Assembly: GCF_001194135.2 (NCBI RefSeq)
Contig: NC_068982.1
Coordinates: forward strand, 35,476,744-35,540,743
Reading direction: 5' to 3'
DNA length: 64,000 bases
From: Octopus bimaculoides
Taxonomy: Eukaryota
Both the position numbers and the translations under genes were made by a program. Position 1 is the stretch's first letter. Each line of letters opens with the position of its first letter. Below, piece after piece: positions 35,401 to 48,075 of the stretch. The notes under the pieces were generated by a model that did not search any database, was not told where the DNA came from, and was given only the letters and a program-made list of their open reading frames with translations.

Positions 35401-37465
35401 TCAGATGGTACTTGTTCCAAATTCATCAGCCACAAGATTTTTCTTTCTTGTATTCATATATTTTATCTTCAAATGCCTTTTCACAAATTCGAGGATGTCA
35501 TCAGAAGACTGCAAGTTAAGGATTCTTCAGTTACGTTTCGAACCCATAACATGGAGATATTACTGTTATGCAAAACTTTAAAAGCATTCATATCGAGGTA
35601 TGTCTTGTCACATTCATATATACGATGAACACAACGCTGGACAGGTAGTGTTTTATATTTGATATTTCAGCAGTCCGAAGAGTGACATTTCCACTCAAAT
35701 TACACACACATACAAACAATTGTCTCCTTTCATCTTCCATCTACCAAACCACTCACTAGCTATAAAGCTTCTCCTTCTGACTACCAGCCAGCCTCAACCC
35801 TAAAGCATAAGCAGAAATAACAGTAACTATCAATTTATCTGTTATATGTCTCAGTTTAATTATCCTATCACTTACTCTGACTACATGAGTTACGTTATTT
35901 GCTTACTTTTCAGCTAAAGTATGCCTATACTACCCACTCCATTACTCCTATCTGTCGAGAACAATTTCAACCTCTGTTTCTTAACCATGAGCAATCTAAC
36001 AGAGGCTCCTGTCACTCTTTCTTATTGCACACTACATGTCAACATGGCATCGCACCAGCATTTCAATAATCTCACCAGTCCTTCCTTTCATTCTGCCAAT
36101 ATTGATTATAGTGGCACTGTAATTGTGTAGCTGAGAGTAAAAGTGTAAACACAGTTATAGTGGAAATTTTTTAACACTGTTATTTTCCCAATAGTTTCTG
36201 TTATTTCTTAATACATGTACAGAATGAGAGCAAATAGAATTCTAATGTCCAGGCTAATACTGGCTCAGATGGCGCTTGTTCCTGATGCATCAGCATTGAA
36301 ATTTTTCTTTGTAGTATTTTTATTTTTTATCTTCATATGTCTTTTCATAAATTTGAGGATGTCATCAGAAAACAGCCAAGTTAAAGATTCTTCAGTCAAA
36401 TTTCATACCCATAATGTTGATATAATGCTATCATGCATAACATTAAAAGCATTCATATAAATGTATGTCTTCTCCCATTCATATTTACAATGGACCCAAC
36501 ACCATAAGGGCAGTGTTTTATATTTGGTATTTCTTCAGTCCAAAGAGTGACGATTCCTCCCAACTCACACACACATATAAACAATAGTCTTCTTTCAATT
36601 TCCATCTACCAAATCCACTCACTTGTAAAACTGGTCCTTCTGATTACCAGGCAGCCTTATCTGTGAAGCATAAGCAAAGATAACAGTAACTATTAATTTA
36701 TCTTTGATAAGTTTCAGTTTAATTACCTTGTCACTTACTCTGACTACTTCAGTTACCTTATCTGCTCATGTTTCAGTTAAAAGTATGCCTATATTACACA
36801 CTTCATCACTCCTATCTACCAAGAACAATTTCAACCTCTGTTTCTTAACCATCAGCAATGTAGCAGAGGCAGCCATCCATCTTATTGCACACCACATGTC
36901 TAAATGGCATCGCTCAAGCGTTTCGATAATCTCACCAGTCCTTCCTTTCATTGTTCCAATATTCATGGTAACGGCACTGTAATTGTGTAGCTGGGAGTAA
37001 GAGTGGGAAGGAAGTTATTGTGGAAATTTTTATAACATTGCTATTTTTCCGACAGTTTCTGGTATTTCTTAGTACATGTATAGAGTGACAGCAATTAGAA
37101 TTCTAATGGCCAGGCTAATGCTGGCGCAGGTGCTGATTGTTCCAGAATTGTCAGCCTCAAAACTTTTCTTTGTAGTATTTTTATTTTTTATCTTCAAATC
37201 TCTTTTCTCAAATTTGAGGATGTCATCTGAAAACAACCAAGTTAAAGATTTTTCAGTTACATTTTGAATCCATAGTGTTGACATATTACCATTATGCATA
37301 ACTTCAAAAGCATTGATATCAAGGTATGTCTTGTCACATTCATAATTACATTGGATGCAACACTAGGCAAGTAGTGTTTCATATTTGGTATTTCTTCAGT
37401 CCAAACCATGATGTTTCCTCCCAACTCACACACATTTATAAAGAATGGTCTTTCACTTTCCACCA
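32500..37465 (-). repeat. Composite tandem array, six ~865-bp units (SINE fragment + ~400-bp unidentified segment + RTE endonuclease N-terminus)
   Basis: Landmark gt(c/t/a)a(t)..gtggaaatt at 32831, 33698, 34568, 35291, 36154, 37014 (spacings 867, 870, 723, 863, 860); minus-strand MNIGTMKGRTGEIIE..KLFWVDRSDGVG..IVRV.DR..YA..QKD = RTE APE domain; gtgagtggatttggtagatggaaagtgaaagaag = family A SINE core. Confidence 0.92.
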
Positions 37466-37544
37466 GGTCTGCATAAGATAGACCACCCACAATCACATCA
37501 GAAGCTAGGAAAAACACAGCAAAGTGCTGGAGTGGATGGAAAAA

Positions 37545-37830
37545 GCAATGAGATCGATCAGGTCAATAATATGCAAAACATACCCCTTCAGAAAGACCAT
37601 GTATGTTGAAGAGAACCGAGTAATGTGAAAATATAGCCCTGGTGTCAACTGCAAAACCAGAAATGTAATTTACCAAATAAACTGCATGGATGGTGATTGT
37701 AAAAACCAGAAGACTGCATATATAGGTGAAATGGCGAGAAGTTTGGCCTAGCATATAAATGAACATTGGAGGGAGTACAGGGATCAAAGAGAAGACTTGA
37801 TACTTTACCAGCACATTGCTATGACAGGTA
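37545..37830 (+). mobile_element. Penelope-like GIY-YIG endonuclease fragment (third lineage)
   Basis: NCKTRNVIYQINCMDGDCKNQKTAYIGEMARSLA*HINEHWREY. Confidence 0.85.
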
Positions 37831-37909
37831 CAAGAGTCAGTCTTCATAAACGAAACACAACCAGTTTTGAATAGTAAATACTCTCAATGGGCAAAGGACT
37901 TACAAAGAC

Positions 37910-38250
37910 CTATGGACACACACACACACACATTAACGAACATACACACACATGTAAAGACAAACAAGGACACAGACACCCTCACACCCACATGGATACA
38001 CACACACACACACATGGCAAAATGCATGCAGATGTACACATGTACACACAAATGCACAGGAACTCACTCACATATGAATACACATATATACACATGAACA
38101 CACAGACACATGCACATAAAGACACAGAGACACAGACACATGCTCACACACACACAGAGATACAAACACAGACACACGCTCATACACACATGCTCTCCCA
38201 TACACACACAGACACACGTGCATGCATATGCATGCTCATACTTATGCACA
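37910..38250. repeat. CA-rich low-complexity tract
   Basis: Direct reading. Confidence 0.9.
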
Positions 38251-38701
38251 GATAGACATCAGTTTATTCGACATTTATCAAACAAAGAAGACGGTTTAAC
38301 TGTCTTTCAGAGAAACATCATATAGATGACCATGTGCGTTTGTGAAGAAAACAAAGAGAAAACCAAAACCGCTATCTCATGTATATGAAAAATGACATAA
38401 GTCAGTATTTAAAAACCACACACACACAATTATGGATGCACACACTTACATATAAACACATACACATACAGACATACACACACTCACATACTCATCTCAG
38501 ACAAATCCCAATGCTGGAACATAAGTTCAAAAGAAATGGAAGTAGAGTGATGCATCACTGAAGAGATTGCAACAATGTGATAAAATAATTATTAGACACA
38601 AAAAAAAGTAATAACACAAACAATACAGAACAATAACAATAAAGGACCGAACCAGTGCATGTGTTTATTATTACCGGCATAATGCTCCTCCCAAAGTTCA
38701 A

Positions 38702-38745
<44 letters not shown>

Positions 38746-38814
38746 TATAAATAATTTTTTTATTTTGATTTGATTTAGTTGTAGCCATGCTGGGACATTT
38801 ACATATATATATAT

Positions 38815-38846
<32 letters not shown>

Positions 38847-38847
<1 letters not shown>

Positions 38848-39137
38848 GGCACAGGATGGCTGTGTGGTAAGTAGCTTACTTACGAACCACATGGTCCCAG
38901 GTTAAGTCCCACTGCATGGCACCTTTAGCAAGTGTCTTCTACTATAGCCTCAGGCCTTGTGAGTGAATTTGGGAAACGGAAACTAAAAGAATTCCGTCAT
39001 ATATGTGTGTGTGTGTGTATGTTTGTGTGTCTGTGTTTGTCTCCCCACCATTGCTTGACAATCAATGTTGGTGTTTTAATGTCCCCATAACTTAGCAGTT
39101 TGGCAAAAAGAGGCCAATAGAATAAGTACTAGGTTTA
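38847..39137 (+). mobile_element. Family A SINE, 3'-truncated
   Basis: ggcacaggatggctgtgtggtaagtagctt..aatagaataagtactagg. Confidence 0.85.
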
Positions 39138-39149
39138 CATTGCACATCC

Positions 39150-39585
39150 AGTGAAACATACTGGTTTCATTTCTTTCATATGTATATATATTACTGTATA
39201 CCTTTTAGATGTGTTTATTACACAGGCGCATAACGCAAATACAACCTCTTATTTTTCTACCCATAGTTTCTTTAGCAACCACAAAATTATAGAATGTATG
39301 AACCTATCAAAGGCCTTCTCCAAGTCAACAAATGTTAGGTAGAGAGTTTTACTGCTAGCTAAGTATTCTTCTTGCAATTGTCTAACTAGAAATGTGGTGC
39401 TGTTGTTACTTATTGTTCTTACAATTGAGTTGCATCTCATCTGGACTAATTTTGTTCCTAATAAATTGTGCTAAAAACTGTTTCTGTGACTTTTAAAACC
39501 ATATCTATGGAGACATCAATAGTTTACTGTATCTGTAATTGTGTCTTCTAGTCCATCTACCTTAGTCTGGTAAAAGTTCATAATA
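39150..39585 (-). mobile_element. RTE LINE reverse-transcriptase fragment
   Basis: FLVRQLQEEYLASSKTLYLTFVDLEKAFDR. Confidence 0.9.
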
Positions 39586-40679
39586 ATACCACTTTGTGTG
39601 TATGTGCGTGTGTGTGTTGTTATGTTATATATACTTAACTTATTTCTGTATAAAACACACTTGTGTATAATGTGCACCACTATTTTAGAGTACTGTAATG
39701 CCAGAAAAATATGTCTTGTGTGTGACTTTCTTCAGGATAATCTTGAAGAAGGCAGTATAATTATAAATGAAGCTAGAATAATAGGAAATCTAAAGAAAAT
39801 AGCATGGAAAGAGAGAAAGAGGCAGACAGACATCAAACTTTTTTTTGTATGCTTTACATTTGTGTAAATAGTGAGTGTTATAGTGTGATGTGTGTGTGTA
39901 TTTGTGTCATGTAAATGTTGATTTTATTCCATATCTCTATCTATATATTTCTACATATACACATCAGAGAAAGTAAAAAAGACATTGACTAAGGCCAGAA
40001 AAATCGAAATTTATCAATGAAATTGTGAGACAATATATTATGAAATTTAATGAATTATTATATTAGTAATAATGAAGAAAACAATGTTATTAGTTTTGTG
40101 TTATTTGATGCTGGTTTTAATCAATATATTGAGTAAATCCTTTGTGTTTATCTATGAATTTGTGAGTGTTTGTATATGTGGTTGTATTTATACATGTGTG
40201 TGGTTGTAGGTTATTTCAGGAGTAAATAATAGTGAGTTCATTTTTTTTTTGTCATAAAGTATTGTTTCATTCCTGCTCATGCACTGTACAAAAGTAAGGA
40301 AAACCAGGAAAAAATTAGGAATCATTATCATCATCATTATCAGAGGTGGTATTTCACATCCACTTCTTCAGTGCTAGCATAAGCTGGAGAAGACTTCTTC
40401 AGGTTGTATTCTGTGGCCAGATGTCCTCCTTTATGTAACATACTTTATTTCACTGATCTTTGTATGTCAAACTACGAAGCTGTAGGACATTGTTTATAAG
40501 AAATATAATGAAATGCCATAGTTGCCCAAACAGTGACATTGCAAAGACATTCAAAGACACACACACACACACACGTGCACACGGGTATGCAATAGATCTC
40601 TTTACAGCTTCCTTCTACTAAAATTCACTCTTTAAGCATTGATAATGTGAAGGTTATATATCATCATCAAGATCCCTTA

Positions 40680-41470
40680 ACTGATCAACCAGTCTTTGGG
40701 ATGCCACTCTAGATGCTTCTATAGTCAGCCATTGCCACTGGCCTCTACTTTCTGTTATGCAATGCAGGTTTGCAGTGTTGTGACCTGTTCAGTCCTTGAT
40801 GTTGACAAACCAGTATTTTCTCTGTCTACCTCTCTTTCACCTTTTGTTCCATGAACAGTGGTCTTGGACAAGGAATTGAGGCGGGATACATGATTATACT
40901 AGGAAATCTTTCATCTTTTTACTTATGCAAGGAGTGGTTCCCGTCTGCCAGCATACTTATTAACTTACTGTCTGACAAAGCTATTCATTTTATGCTCTGT
41001 GTACAGTATGCGTAACAGCTTCCTAAAGCACTTGTGCTCAAATGCCTGGATTCCTCACTTTGTGTCAGCTGTAGGAATCCAGTTCTCACACACATACAGA
41101 AGAATCAAAGTTATCAGGGACTTCTACACTGAGTCTTTTTTTGGAGAACAAATTGAATTGTTTTTCTATATGGTGTTCATCTTCATCATGGTAGCAGAGG
41201 CTAAATTGAGTCTTGTTATTTCTTTTTGAGAACTGCCATCCTTAAAGTACTCAATCTTAAATACTTGAAGATGTCCACTTTGTCAAGTTTTTCTTCATTC
41301 AGAATAATGTTCATTGCTGTATTTTGGTTGTTACTATTAACCAGGTTCTTGCTCTTTTCTGGGCTGACCTCCATCTTATATGCTCCTGATACTTTTCCAG
41401 TCTGATGGTGAGCTCCTGTATTCTGCTTCACTGCTTCTTAACAGGTCAATGTCATCAGCATAGGGTATTC
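40680..41470 (-). mobile_element. RTE LINE 3' part (RT C-terminus to tail)
   Basis: ADDIDL, MEVSPEKSKNLVN..EKLDKVDIFKYL; downstream ETWNP/KCFRKLL-like motifs. Confidence 0.8.
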
Positions 41471-41744
41471 TCTCTCCCTGCAATATAATCATTATAACAT
41501 CCACTTTTCCATGCTTTCATGGGTTGGGCAAAATTTATTGAGGCAGATTTTCTATCATTATTGCCCTTCTTGTCATCAACCTTCACTTCTTTCCAATCAG
41601 GGTACTATTTCCCCTTAGCCAGACACACTTTTACAAATTATTGCAAGTGAATGACACTGTTTGTATGATAGTGTCAATCATTTACAACTACATATGTGTG
41701 TGTGTGTATACAGCCCATTGTGTATGTATATATACACACACACA

Positions 41745-41895
41745 ATGCGTTTCCTTCTTTTTCTGTTTACCAAATCTACTCACAAGGCTTTCGTCAACCT
41801 GGAGCTATAGTAGAAGATACTTGTCTAAAGTACCATGCAGTGGGACTGAAACTGGAACCTTATGGCTGGGAAGCAAACTTGTTATTACACAGCCA
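41745..41895 (-). mobile_element. Family A SINE 5' part
   Basis: ctaccaaatctactcacaaggctt..ccatgcagtgggactgaaac. Confidence 0.75.
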
Positions 41896-43099
41896 AAAGG
41901 TTTTTTGAAAGAATTCTTGATACAATCACATTATTTGAAGAAAGATTTTCTTAAAATAAATATTATTAACTATATAACGAAACTTTTTTTAAAAAGTGAC
42001 ACACATTTTTTGGAAACAAGTGTTCATAATATATGTTTTCACTGTTTACAACTCTTCAAACAAACATCATATACATGTATGTACACACACACACACACAT
42101 GTGTATGGGTATGTTTTCCCTTTCGTCTTGCATCTGTTGATCTATGGTTATGTTTCTGGCAAAATATGAGGAAAGTATTTTCTATATGCAATATGGAAAT
42201 TTGCAATTTATATGAAACACATACATAGATATTAATGAACCATTTATACATGCTCTTTCAGCTATTTATATGCATGCGTAGTCTACTGACGGCTTGCTGT
42301 TCAGATTTCAGCTCATTGACTGAATATAATTTTCATAAGAAAAATTGTTTGCTATACATTTGTTCATTTAGGGTACCATTCATATATACTCTATCAGATC
42401 TTATATATATGCATAGCCTACTCTTGGCTTCTTGTTCAAATCTTTGCTCACTAAGTGAATGTGCATGGTCAGATCATAGTTTGTTGATCAAATTTCAGTT
42501 CATTTGTTATTCAATCTGTTCATTTAAAGGACCATTCATTTATGGGCACCCCATTCTGCATACTTACACCCATACACACACACACACACACACATAAAGA
42601 GAGCAAGAGAAAGACGATGATGATGATGTTTGAAATATAACTCAGCTAAAGGTCCTTACACAAAATAATAATTTAAATATAAAGATATTAAAGCATTGTT
42701 TTGTGCCATAAATTAATAGTACTTACACTCTCAAGCAAGTTGGCAGCAAAAAGGTTAAACTGTTTCACAATTTATCTCAAATCCCTTCTATTTGAAGTCG
42801 ATATTATTATTTTAATATTCATGTAGGTACAGATGTGGCTGTTTAGTTAAGTTCGCTTCCTAACCACATGCTACAGTTCCTCTGTTTGTCGCCTTGGGCA
42901 AGTGTCTTCTAGTATAGCTCCAGTTGTCCAAAACCTAGAGTATGACACTTGTGGAAGAGGAAGATATGGGATGAAGTACCAAAGACCAATCTGAAGACAC
43001 TGAGCCTTACAAAGGAGATTTCTAAAGACCAAGATATCTGGTGCATCGTTTTACTCAAGAAGACCTGTCCACCACAACAAAATTGATACTGCTGCTGGT

Positions 43100-43325
43100 G
43101 CCAAATGAAAGGCACTCATTTTGGTTCCACATTAAAAGCACGGGTGCTGGTGTCTCAGAAAAAGCACTCAGTGCACTCTGTGGAGTGGGTGGTATTAGGA
43201 GGGGCGTCCAACCATAGAAACCATGGCAGAACAGATGATAGAGCCTGGTGCAGCCCCTCACCTTACCAGTTCCGGTCAAATCACCCAATCCATCTCAGCA
43301 TGGAAAATGGACGTTAAATGATGAG
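43100..43325 (+). mobile_element. Family B RTE-tail element
   Basis: ggagtgggtggtattaggaggggcgtccaaccatagaaaccatgg..agcatggaaaatggacgttaaatgatga. Confidence 0.75.
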
Positions 43326-43699
43326 GGATTTGTTTTATGTTCAAACTGAACAGATCCAGCCTTTCACACCTACCTTACAATGTCATTCTTAAGATAAACA
43401 ATCATATTGAAATCGTGTAGATACAAGATAATCTATAATTAATTCAAAACAATGTGAATAAATAATCATTACATTTCACAGATAATCTGATTGCTAAAGG
43501 ATTAGATATTTTATTTCTTAGAAAATTTATGCCTTTCTAAATACCCAGCAAACCAATTGTACTTCCTTGCGAGCTCATAATACCTCCAAGAATCCACTAC
43601 CATCCAGGTTAAGAACCACTGCTGTCATTCAAATCTAATCAAACTTACCTATACAACTAGAAATATATCACAACTTTAATGAGTTACAAATGAAGAATA

Positions 43700-43910
43700 T
43701 TGCTTTCAAATTTTGGCACAAGGCCAGCAGGTTTCGGGAACGGATAAATCAATTAGACTGACCCCAGTGCTCAACAAGACTTCTTTTATCAACCTCGAAA
43801 GGATAAAAGCAAAGTCAGCCTCAGCTGCATTTGAACTCAGAACACAAAGATGGAAAAAATGCCTCTAAGCATTTTTCCCAGTGTGCTAACTATTTTGCCA
43901 GCTCAATGCC
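43700..43910 (-). mobile_element. Nin-domain SINE
   Basis: ggcacaaggccagc..ccccagtgctcaac..cgaaaggataaaagcaaagtc..tttgaactcagaac. Confidence 0.75.
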
Positions 43911-44371
43911 TTACAAATGAAGAATATTAAAATTTAAGTATATTTCAGTAAGTTAACTTTATAAATTATGAATATACAACTACTTTGATATATAAAAAAT
44001 GTCAAGTTAAATTATACAACTTCCAGGTTTAATTAAATACATTATGTGCAGATAACAATTAGCTGCAATAATAAATAATTAACTGAAATAATTACTACCA
44101 AGATTCAAATCTAAGTCACTGACTTCATTTTTTGAAAAGTTTACCTTATATTGCATGTGACTCACTGGTTTGTTTAATAAGGAGAGTTGTATGTAGCTTA
44201 TTGTCCTCACACCCACACATGCTCGTATGCACAGAAATACAGACATACATTCACATGTATACAGCATATACAGCACTTGTTGTTCATTTATGAATGCAAC
44301 TAGCAACTAAAACATTCTTTATATCTGAATGTATATATTTGTATAATCTGTTTGTGTGTGTGTGTATGTAT

Positions 44372-44700
44372 AGAGGTGCATGGCTCAGTGGTTAGAGCAT
44401 TAGACTCACAATCATGAGGTAGTGAGTCCAATTCCCAGACCAGGCTGTGTGTGTTGTGTTCTTGTGTAAGACACTTTATTTCACATTGCTACAATTCATT
44501 CTGCTGTAGAAATGAGTTGCAACATCACTAATACCAAACTGTATCAGCCTTTGCTTTTCCCTTGAATACAATCGGTGGCATGGAGAAGGGAGTGACTGCT
44601 GGTCTTCCACAAACAACATTGCCTGGACTTGTGCCTCGGAGGATAACTTTCTATGTACAATCCTATGGTCATTCATAACCAAAGGGGGTCTTTATCCTTT
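44372..44700 (+). mobile_element. Family C tRNA-derived SINE
   Basis: A-box tggctcagtggttagagc, B-box-like gagtccaattccc; body shared with 58903-59212 and revcomp of 49195-49520. Confidence 0.85.
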
Positions 44701-44716
44701 ACTCTTTATATATATA

Positions 44717-45285
44717 TCATCCATCATTTGAATCTGGGTTTTGTCCCCCGTTAATGGGGGTGGCCAGATCTACCTCAATGCCATAGCAACTGCCCTCACA
44801 CCATCTTGCCTGGTTTTGGTTGTCCTCCTTTCTCAAGCCAACCAATTTCCTCCTCCACCTGTCCTCCTCCACATTTTCCTCAGTCTACCTCGCTTTCACT
44901 GTCCATTTACCTCAAACTCTAGCACCCTCTTCAGAACATGCTCCTCATCCCTCTTCAACACATGCCTTTACCACCGCACTCCATTCACCCTTGCCAGCCA
45001 TTCCACTGATTCCACAGCATCCCCATCAAGTCCTCAGTCCTCCTCTTATCAAACAGCCTCACACCACACATTTCTCTTATCATTGCTATCTCAGTCCTTC
45101 TCAAAATTGCCATCTCGCGCTCTCTCAAACACCATGTCTCACTCCCATACAGCATTGCAGCTCTCACACAACTCCTATAGACCTTTCCTTTTGTCTTCAA
45201 TGAGAACCTTTTCCCATATAACAACACTCCACATTCCCTGAACTTCACCCAGCCAAGTCTCACTCTTGCTGTCACAGCTGCTTTA
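44717..45285 (-). mobile_element. RTE LINE 3' end
   Basis: ARVRLGWVKFRE..KTKGKVYRSCVRAAMLYGSETW; tail gatggatgat. Confidence 0.92.
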
Positions 45286-45414
45286 CATCCACTCTATCTT
45301 CCAAATATATGTATATTAATCAAAGTATACAGTATTATAGATCCATTTAAGCTGATCTTATTGATCAGTATACTTTAACTAATATACCCATTCCATTGAC
45401 AAATATTGATTTAA

Positions 45415-45605
45415 AATGTTGGCACAAGGCCAGCAATTCTAGGGGAGGAGTAAGTCGATTACATTAACCCCAGTATTCAACTGGTACTTGTTTTATCAAC
45501 TTTGCAAAGATAAAAGGTAAAGTCGACCTCTGTGAAATTTGAACCTAGGATGTAATGACATGAAATACCACTAAGCATTTTATACAGTGTGCTAACAATT
45601 CCATT
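45415..45605 (-). mobile_element. Nin-domain SINE
   Basis: Revcomp of family E. Confidence 0.75.
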
Positions 45606-45666
45606 GACAAACATATGAGCACATGGTTTTTCCAAATTATGGCTTGTTTGACAACTATATATATGT

Positions 45667-45707
<41 letters not shown>

Positions 45708-46239
45708 CATATATGAGTGTATATGTGTTTGTTTTTATACAAAGTTATATATATTAAAATAATTTAAGGATTACTCAGTACATTTTATTCAGTACATATT
45801 AACTTTTAAAAGGAATAGGTTGATAGTGACTTCAAAGTTTCAACTTGCTCACGTTATTTCAGATTGTAAGCTTCAAAGTCATTGTAAACCTTATCCTTGT
45901 AAAATATTGTTATAAGTTTATATATATATATATAACTTAAAAGTCACACTCTGTGTGGACTTTTAAGCTAGCTTCTGTAGAGGGCTAATTGAGCCTGCAG
46001 CCTAAAACTAAAGAGAGCATTTTAATTTTCAGCTGTTAGCATATAACAAATCTTCATCCAGACCCCCTGGTTGTTCAAGAACCAAATGAAGGGCAGATTT
46101 TTTTCAATCATGGGATCATCCTGATTCTAAAACGGTATATGTCTATGTAGAGCAAATGTAGACTGAGATACAGAGGTCCTGAATGGACGGACAGACAGAA
46201 TTTCGCATTATGTGTTGTGTATGTGTGTAAGTTACAGAT

Positions 46240-46400
46240 GCAAATGGAGTCAAGAAACTTGCTTCCCAAACACATGCTTTCAGGGTTGGTCCTATTATGT
46301 GGCATCTTGGGCAAATGTCTTCTATTATAGCTTCAAGCCAACCAAAGGCTTGTGAGTGGATTTGGCAGGATGGAAACTGAAAGAAGCCTATGTATATTTG
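46240..46400 (+). mobile_element. Family A SINE 5' part
   Basis: ttgcttcccaaacacatg..ggcatcttgggcaaatgtcttctattatagc..gtgagtggatttgg. Confidence 0.75.
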
Positions 46401-46994
46401 TATATGTGTGCATAATAATCATAGTAATAATAATAATAATAACAATAACAATGATGATAATAATAATAGTAATAATAATAACAATAACAACGATAAGGTT
46501 TTGAAATTTTATCCTACTAAATTCACCAAAGGTTACCATAAGCTTAGTGAGCAAATTTCAAGCAGATAGATACGACAGAAATCTATCAGATGGTCTGTAC
46601 CCAGTTCTTGAAATGCATCCTGATGGACTCATAGCATCATGCTGATTCTGCTGAGAATTCCATGAAGGATATAGAACTGTCTGTAGAGTACTGAGTGATT
46701 CAGTTACACTCTAATTTCATGAGTAGGCAACTGCTTTGATCAAACACATGGAATACCCATTATGAAAACCAGTGCAAGTTCCATTAAAAAATCATATATA
46801 TCATCATTATCATCATCATTGTTTTAACATGCTCTCACTTTTTCATGCAGAATTTACTGAGGCAGATTTTCTATGACTGGGTGCCTTTCCTGTTGCGAAC
46901 CCTTACCTGTTACCTAGCAAGAATATATTTTCCCATAACCAGATAAGTTAGAATCAAAGGACACTGCTTGGGTGATGGTTCTGCTCATTTACAA

Positions 46995-47300
46995 CTCTTA
47001 CGTAATCATCATTTAACATCTGTTTTCCATGCTGGCATGGGTTAGAGAGTTTGACTAGAATTGGTAAGCTGGAGAGCTGCACCAAGTTCCAGTCTGATTT
47101 GGCATGGTTTCTACAGCTGGATACCCTTCCTAATGCCAACCACTCCAAGAGTGTAATGGATGCTTTGTCATGCCACCAGCACAGATGCTATTTACATGAC
47201 ACCGGCAATGGCAACATCTATGATTTCACAGGTGCCATTTACATGACACCGGCAATGGCCACAACTATGATTTCACTTGGCTTGATGAGTCTTCTCAAGC
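46995..47300 (-). mobile_element. Family B element with 42-bp internal duplication
   Basis: atttacatgacaccggcaatggc..ctatgatttcac twice at ~47190-47278. Confidence 0.8.
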
Positions 47301-47856
47301 ATGTCATGACTGTCAAAACAAAACACACACACACATATCCATCCATCTTCTCTGCCCACTATTCCTGAGAGGGTCTGCAGGCACCTCTTCCATAGAGTCT
47401 TACCAGTGGCAACTGTCATTAGACTTTCCAGCTTGATTCCCAAACATGACCAACTGAGACTACTATGGATATTACCCAACCATTTTGTTCTCGGTCTCTT
47501 ACTAAGTTTCCTGCCAGTTGGCTCAGCTGGAAGAATCTATCTTGCAATTCTTTCCTGAAAAATTCTACTCACACGTCCATAGTACCAGAGTTGTGACTTC
47601 TCAATATGGAGAAATAGCTGATCAACAAATGAAAAAGAAGGAAAAATAGACATGTCTCTGTTTTCTCAGTTCTCTGTCTCTCCCTCTCTCACACATATAT
47701 GCACACACACATACACACATGCACACACACAACCCCTTTTGGGGTCGCTAAAATAAATACTAGTTGTGTACAGGAGTTCATGTAATTGACTTAACCCACC
47801 CCAGAAATCATTGGCCTTGTGCCAAAATTTGAAGCCAATATATAATATGCAAGAAT

Positions 47857-48075
47857 AAGGCAGCGAACTGGTAGGATTGTTAGCATGGCAAGCAAAATGC
47901 TTAATGGTATTTTATCCATCTTTATATTCTGATTTCAAATTCTGTCGAGGTTGGTTTGCCTTTCATCCTTCCAGTGTCGACCAAATAAGTACCAGTTGCA
48001 TACTGGAGTTGGTATAATCAACTACACCCCCGCCCCACCAAACTTGCTGGCCTTGTGCCAAAATTTGAAATCAAT
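47857..48075 (+). mobile_element. Nin-domain SINE
   Basis: aaggcagcgaactgg..gcctttcatccttccagtgtcgaccaaataagtaccag. Confidence 0.8.

Noticed and set aside
32604-36982. Repeated plus-strand ORFs MPILPTP..ENNFNLCFL..
   Set aside because: Exact codon-aligned antisense shadow of the RTE endonuclease segment.
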